From assembly GCA_964057225.1 (NCBI GenBank), contig OZ059898.1:17360001-17424000 (forward strand): a stretch of 64,000 nucleotides of DNA, given 5' to 3'. Below the pieces are notes generated by a model, which was given only the letters and a program-made list of their open reading frames with translations, did not search any database and had not been told where the DNA came from. The stretch is from Auanema rhodensis. Its lineage: Eukaryota; Animalia; Nematoda. The position numbers and the translations under genes are program-made. Shown here in pieces: positions 56,737 to 64,000 of the stretch. Each line of letters begins with the position of its first letter. Positions within the stretch are counted from its first letter, which is position 1.

Positions 56737-57038
56737 TCTTTGCCTTGAAAAAAGGAATCTAAAAACATCTACTTTTTGCTAAATTATTTTGAAATTTTTG
56801 GAAACTCAACATACACTAATGCATCATTTTTCAAACAATCATAACTAATTTTTGTATTAAGCGTTTCTCAATGTAGTATAGTGCATTCGATGCGGATTTT
56901 TAAGCTGCGTCGATCTGTGTTATCAGATTTGCGCTAGCTTAAAAATGCACCGAGATATCAACTGATATAAGTTCACACTTATATCCTCGATTTTCACCCT
57001 GAAGAATTAATTTTTTCGTTGAATAATATTGTCCATCG
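56737..57038. repeat. 302-bp variant monomer (-49 bp), copy 4
   Basis: Same junction at 56799/56800. Confidence 0.97.
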
Positions 57039-60000
57039 TCTTTGCCTTGAAAAAAGGAATCTAAAAACATCTACTTTTTGCTAAATTATTTTGAAATTTT
57101 TCGAAAAAATTTTTGTCAAAATGTTTTTGGAAGCAATGTTGAGTGAACATGGAAACTCAACATACACTAATGCATCATTTTTCAAACAATCATAACTAAT
57201 TTTTGTATTAAGCGTTTCTCAATGTAGTATAGTGCATTTGATGCGGATTTTTAAGCTGCGTCGATCTGTGTTATCAGATTTGCGCTAGCTTAAAAATGCA
57301 CCGAGATATCAACTGATATAAGTTCACACTTATATCCTCGATTTTCACCCTGAAGAATTAATTTTTTCGTTGAATAACATTGTCCATCGTCTTTGCCTTG
57401 AAAAAAGGAATCTAAAAACATTTACTTTTTGCTAAATTATTCTGAAATTTTTCGAAAAAATTTCTGTCAAAATGTTTTTGGAAGCAATGTTGAGTGTACA
57501 TGGAAACTCAACATACACTAATGCATCATTTTTCAAACGATCATAACTAATTTTTGTATTAAGCGTTTCTCAATGTAGTATAGTGCATTCGATGCGGATT
57601 TTTAAGCTGCGTCGATCTGTGTTATCAGATTTGCGCTAGCTTAAAAATGCACCGAGATATCAACTGATATAAGTTCACACTTATATCCTCGATTTTCACC
57701 CTGAAGAATTAATTTTTTCGTTGAATAACATTGTCCATCGTCTTTGCCTTGAAAAAAGGAATCTAAAAACATCTACTTTTTGCTAAATTATTTTGAAATT
57801 TTTCGAAAAAATTTTTGTCAAAATGTTTTTGGAAGCAATGTTGAGTGAACATGGAAACTCAACATACACTAATGCATCATTTTTCAAACAATCATAACTA
57901 ATTTTTGTATTAAGCGTTTCTCAATGTAGTATAGTGCATTTGATGCGGATTTTTAAGCTGCGTCGATCTGTGTTATCAGATTTGCGCTAGCTTAAAAATG
58001 CACCGAGATATCAACTGATATAAGTTCACACTTATATCCTCGATTTTCACCCTGAAGAATTAATTTTTTCGTTGAATAACATTGTCCATCGTCTTTGCCT
58101 TGAAAAAAGGAATCTAAAAACATTTACTTTTTGCTAAATTATTTTGAAGTTTTTCGAAAAAATTTTTGTCAAAATGTTTTTGGAAGCAATGTTGAGTGTA
58201 CATGGAAACTCAACATACACTAATGCATCATTTTTCAAACGATCATAACTAATTTTTGTATTAAGCGTTTCTCAATGTAGTATAGTGCATTCGATGCGGA
58301 TTTTTAAGCTGCGTCGATCTGTGTTATCAGATTTGCGCTAGCTTAAAAATGCACCGAGATATCAACTGATATAAGTTCACACTTATATCCTCGATTTTCA
58401 CCCTGAAGAATTAATTTTTTCGTTGAATAACATTGTCCATCGTCTTTGCCTTGAAAAAAGGAATCTAAAAATATTTACTTTTTGCTAAATTATTTTGAAG
58501 TTTTTCGAAAAAATTTTTGTCAAAATGTTTTTGGAAGCAATGTTGAGTGTACATGGAAACTCAACATACACTAATGCATCATTTTTCAAACGATCATAAC
58601 TAATTTTTGTATTAAGCGTTTCTCAATGTAGTATAATGCATTCGATGCGGATTTTTAAGCTGCGTCGATCTGTGTTATCAGATTTGCGCTAGCTTAAAAA
58701 TGCACCGAGATATCAACTGATATAAGTTCACACTTATATCCTCGATTTTCACCCTGAAGAATTAATTTTTTCGTTGAATAACATTGTCCATCGTCTTTGC
58801 CTTGAAAAAAGGAATCTAAAAACATTTACTTTTTGCTAAATTATTCTGAAATTTTTCGAAAAAATTTTTGTCAAAATGTTTTTGGAAGCAATGTTGAGTG
58901 TACATGGAAACTCAACATACACTAATGCATCATTTTTCAAACGATCATAACTAATTTTTGTATTAAGCGTTTCTCAATGTAGTATAATGCATTCGATGCG
59001 GATTTTTAAGCTGCGTCGATCTGTGTTATCAGATTTGCGCTAGCTTAAAAATGCACCGAGATATCAACTGATATAAGTTCACACTTATATCCTCGATTTT
59101 CACCCTGAAGAATTAATTTTTTCGTTGAATAACATTGTCCATCGTCTTTGCCTTGAAAAAAGGAATCTAAAAACATTTACTTTTTGCTAAATTATTCTGA
59201 AATTTTTCGAAAAAATTTTTGTCAAAATGTTTTTGGAAGCAATGTTGAGTGTACATGGAAACTCAACATACACTAATGCACCATTTTTCAAACGATCATA
59301 ACTAATTTTTGTATCAAGCGTTTCTCAATGTAGTATAGTGCATTCGATGCGGATTTTTAAGCTGCGTCGATCTGTGTTATCAGATTTGCGCTAGCTTAAA
59401 AATGCACCGAGATATCAACTGATATAAGTTCACACTTATATCCTCGATTTTCACCCTGAAGAATTAATTTTTTCGTTGAATAACATTGTCCATCGTCTTT
59501 GCCTTGAAAAAAGGAATCTAAAAACATCTACTTTTTGCTAAATTATTTTGAAATTTTTCGAAAAAATTTTTGTCAAAATGTTTTTGGAAGCAATGTTGAG
59601 TGTACATGGAAACTCAACATACACTAATGCATCATTTTTCAAACGATCATAACTAATTTTTGTATTAAGCGTTTCTCAATGTAGTATAGTGCATTCGATG
59701 CGGATTTTTAAGCTGCGTCGATCTGTGTTATCAGATTTGCGCTAGCTTAAAAATGCACCGAGATATCAACTGATATAAGTTCACACTTATATCCTCGATT
59801 TTCACCCTGAAGAATTATTTTTTTCGTTGAATAACATTGTCCATCGTCTTTGCCTTGAAAAAAGGAATCTAAAAACATCTACTTTTTGCTAAATTATTTT
59901 GAAATTTTTCGAAAAAATTTCTGTCAAAATGTTTTTGGAAGCAATGTTGAGTGTACATGGAAACTCAACATACACTAATGCATCATTTTTCAAACGATCA

Positions 60001-63000
60001 TAACTAATTTTTGTATTGAGCGTTTCTCAATGTAGTATAGTGCATTCGATGCGGATTTTTAAGCTGCGTCGATCTGTGTTATCAGATTTGCGCTAGCTTA
60101 AAAATGCACCGAGATATCAACTGATATAAGTTCACACTTATATCCTCGATTTTCACCCTGAAGAATTGATTTTTTCGTTGAATAACATTGTCCATCGTCT
60201 TTGCCTTGAAAAAAGGAATCTAAAAACATTTACTTTTTGCTAAATTATTCTGAAATTTTTCGAAAAAATTTTTGTCAAAATGTTTTTGGAAGCAATGTTG
60301 AGTGTACATGGAAACTCAACATACACTAATGCATCATTTTTCAAACGATCATAACTAATTTTTGTATTAAGCGTTTCTCAATGTAGTATAGTGCATTTGA
60401 TGCGGATTTTTAAGCTGCGTCGATCTGTGTTATCAGATTTGCGCTAGCTTAAAAATGCACCGAGATATCAACTGATATAAGTTCACACTTATATCCTCGA
60501 TTTTCACCCTGAAGAAATAATTTTTTCGTTGAATAACATTGTCCATCGTCTTTGCCTTGAGAAAAGGAATCTAAAAACATCTACTTTTTGCTAAATTATT
60601 TTGAAGTTTTTCGAAAAAATTTTTGTCAAAATGTTTTTGGAAGCAATGTTGAGTGTACATGGAAACTCAACATACACTAATGCATCATTTTTCAAACGAT
60701 CATAACTAATTTTTGTATTGAGCGTTTCTCAATGTAGTATAGTGCATTCGATGCGGATTTTTAAGCTGCGTCGATCTGTGTTATCAGATTTGCGCTAGCT
60801 TAAAAATGCACCGAGATATCAACTGATATAAGTTCACACTTATATCCTCGATTTTCACCCTGAAGAATTATTTTTTTCGTTGAATAACATTGTCCATCGT
60901 CTTTGCCTTGAAAAAAGGAATCTAAAAACATCTACTTTTTGCTAAATTATTTTGAAATTTTTCGAAAAAATTTCTGTCAAAATGTTTTTGGAAGCAATGT
61001 TGAGTGTACATGGAAACTCAACATACACTAATGCATCATTTTTCAAACGATCATAACTAATTTTTGTATTGAGCGTTTCTCAATGTAGTATAGTGCATTC
61101 GATGCGGATTTTTAAGCTGCGTCGATCTGTGTTATCAGATTTGCGCTAGCTTAAAAATGCACCGAGATATCAACTGATATAAGTTCACACTTATATCCTC
61201 GATTTTCACCCTGAAGAATTGATTTTTTCGTTGAATAACATTGTCCATCGTCTTTGCCTTGAAAAAAGGAATCTAAAAACATTTACTTTTTGCTAAATTA
61301 TTCTGAAATTTTTCGAAAAAATTTTTGTCAAAATGTTTTTGGAAGCAATGTTGAGTGTACATGGAAACTCAACATACACTAATGCATCATTTTTCAAACG
61401 ATCATAACTAATTTTTGTATTAAGCGTTTCTCAATGTAGTATAGTGCATTTGATGCGGATTTTTAAGCTGCGTCGATCTGTGTTATCAGATTTGCGCTAG
61501 CTTAAAAATGCACCGAGATATCAACTGATATAAGTTCACACTTATATCCTCGATTTTCACCCTGAAGAAATAATTTTTTCGTTGAATAACATTGTCCATC
61601 GTCTTTGCCTTGAGAAAAGGAATCTAAAAACATCTACTTTTTGCTAAATTATTTTGAAGTTTTTCGAAAAAATTTTTGTCAAAATGTTTTTGGAAGCAAT
61701 GTTGAGTGTACATGGAAACTCAACATACACTAATGCATCATTTTTCAAACGATCATAACTAATTTTTGTATTAAGCGTTTCTCAATGTAGTATAGTGCAT
61801 TCGATGCGGATTTTTAAGCTGCGTCGATCTGTGTTATCAGATTTGCGCTAGCTTAAAAATGCACCGAGATATCAACTGATATAAGTTCACACTTATATCC
61901 TCGATTTTCACCCTGAAGAATTAATTTTTTCGTTGAATAACATTGTCCATCGTCTTTGCCTTGAAAAAAGGAATCTAAAAACATCTACTTTTTGCTAAAT
62001 TATTTTGAAATTTTTCGAAAAAATTTTTGTCAAAATGTTTTTGGAAGCAATGTTGAGTGAACATGGAAACTCAACATACACTAATGCATCATTTTTCAAA
62101 CAATCATAACTAATTTTTGTATTAAGCGTTTCTCAATGTAGTATAGTGCATTTGATGCGGATTTTTAAGCTGCGTCGATCTGTGTTATCAGATTTGCGCT
62201 AGCTTAAAAATGCACCGAGATATCAACTGATATAAGATCACACTTATATCCTCGATTTTCACCCTGAAGAATTAATTTTTTCGTTGAATAACATTGTCCA
62301 TCGTCTTTGCCTTGAAAAAAGGAATCTAAAAACATTTACTTTTTGCTAAATTATTCTGAAATTTTTCGAAAAAATTTCTGTCAAAATGTTTTTGGAAGCA
62401 ATGTTGAGTGTACATGGAAACTCAACATACACTAATGCATCATTTTTCAAACGATCATAACTAATTTTTGTATTAAGCGTTTCTCAATGTAGTATAGTGC
62501 ATTCGATGCGGATTTTTAAGCTGCGTCGATCTGTGTTATCAGATTTGCGCTAGCTTAAAAATGCACCGAGATATCAACTGATATAAGTTCACACTTATAT
62601 CCTCGATTTTCACCCTGAAGAATTAATTTTTTCGTTGAATAACATTATCCATCGTCTTTGCCTTGAAAAAAGGAATCTAAAAACATCTACTTTTTGCTAA
62701 ATTATTTTGAAATTTTTCGAAAAAATTTTTGTCAAAATGTTTTTGGAAGCAATGTTGAGTGAACATGGAAACTCAACATACACTAATGCATCATTTTTCA
62801 AACAATCATAACTAATTTTTGTATTAAGCGTTTCTCAATGTAGTATAGTGCATTTGATGCGGATTTTTAAGCTGCGTCGATCTGTGTTATCAGATTTGCG
62901 CTAGCTTAAAAATGCACCGAGATATCAACTGATATAAGTTCACACTTATATCCTCGATTTTCACCCTGAAGAATTAATTTTTTCGTTGAATAACATTGTC

Positions 63001-64000
63001 CATCGTCTTTGCCTTGAAAAAAGGAATCTAAAAACATTTACTTTTTGCTAAATTATTCTGAAATTTTTCGAAAAAATTTCTGTCAAAATGTTTTTGGAAG
63101 CAATCTTGAGTGTACATGGAAACTCAACATACACTAATGCATCATTTTTCAAACGATCATAACTAATTTTTGTATTAAGCGTTTCTCAATGTAGTATAGT
63201 GCATTCGATGCGGATTTTTAAGCTGCGTCGATCTGTGTTATCAGATTTGCGCTAGCTTAAAAATGCACCGAGATATCAACTGATATAAGTTCACACTTAT
63301 ATCCTCGATTTTCACCCTGAAGAATTGATTTTTTCGTTGAATAACATTGTCCATCGTCTTTGCCTTGAAAAAAGGAATCTAAAAACATTTACTTTTTGCT
63401 AAATTATTCTGAAATTTTTCGAAAAAATTTCTGTCAAAATGTTTTTGGAAGCAATCTTGAGTGTACATGGAAACTCAACATACACTAATGCATCATTTTT
63501 CAAACGATCATAACTAATTTTTGTATTAAGCGTTTCTCAATGTAGTATAGTGCATTCGATGCGGATTTTTAAGCTGCGTCGATCTGTGTTATCAGATTTG
63601 CGCTAGCTTAAAAATGCACCGAGATATCAACTGATATAAGTTCACACTTATATCCTCGATTTTCACCCTGAAGAATTGATTTTTTCGTTGAATAACATTG
63701 TCCATCGTCTTTGCCTTGAAAAAAGGAATCTAAAAACATTTACTTTTTGCTAAATTATTCTGAAATTTTTCGAAAAAATTTTTGTCAAAATGTTTTTGGA
63801 AGCAATGTTGAGTGTACATGGAAACTCAACATACACTAATGCATCATTTTTCAAACGATCATAACTAATTTTTGTATTAAGCGTTTCTCAATGTAGTATA
63901 GTGCATTTGATGCGGATTTTTAAGCTGCGTCGATCTGTGTTATCAGATTTGCGCTAGCTTAAAAATGCACCGAGATATCAACTGATATAAGTTCACACTT

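Larger units (their letters stand above)
1..64000. repeat. Tandem satellite DNA array, 351-bp AT-rich monomer, ~182 copies, single orientation, extends past both window edges
   Basis: The anchor TCTTTGCCTT recurs at 1, 352, 3511, 7021 and 21061 (=1+351n). After four +93 and four -49 events the phase still fits exactly (27751, 37579, 37881, 54027, 63708). Monomers differ from each other by only a few substitutions. Confidence 0.99.

Noticed and set aside
1-64000. CRISPR-like array (regularly spaced palindromic repeats)
   Set aside because: The sequence between palindromes is the same in every unit, so there are no unique spacers. There are also no cas genes or leader.
1-64000. Long repetitive coding sequence (351 is a multiple of 3)
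   Set aside because: The ORF track shows no ORF spanning monomers; stops recur in each unit.

Overview
The whole 64-kb window is one uninterrupted, single-orientation, head-to-tail satellite DNA array. The monomer is 351 bp and about 31% GC (hand count on monomer 1: 58 C + 52 G). There are 181 complete monomers plus a partial one starting at 63708. I see no genes, RNA genes, transposon insertions, inversions or CRISPR arrays, and the only listed ORF is a chance product of satellite SNPs. The array looks like eukaryotic (peri)centromeric or heterochromatic satellite. An invertebrate or insect origin is plausible but not provable here, and I cannot name the family. The informative structure is inside the repeat. 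(i) Each monomer carries four dyad symmetries (monomer positions 59-70, 98-125, 209-259, 277-298). (ii) There are only two length variants: a +93 bp templated double duplication (4 copies, 22.5-27.4 kb) and a -49 bp deletion (4 copies, 37.6 and 54-57 kb), both with breakpoints on the dyads. (iii) SNP haplotypes reveal regional subfamilies, local 2- to 7-mer higher-order duplications, a conserved order of monomer types, and block copies about 19 kb and 30 kb apart. All SNP typing was done by eye and should be confirmed by alignment. I found no evidence of a novel protein-coding system.
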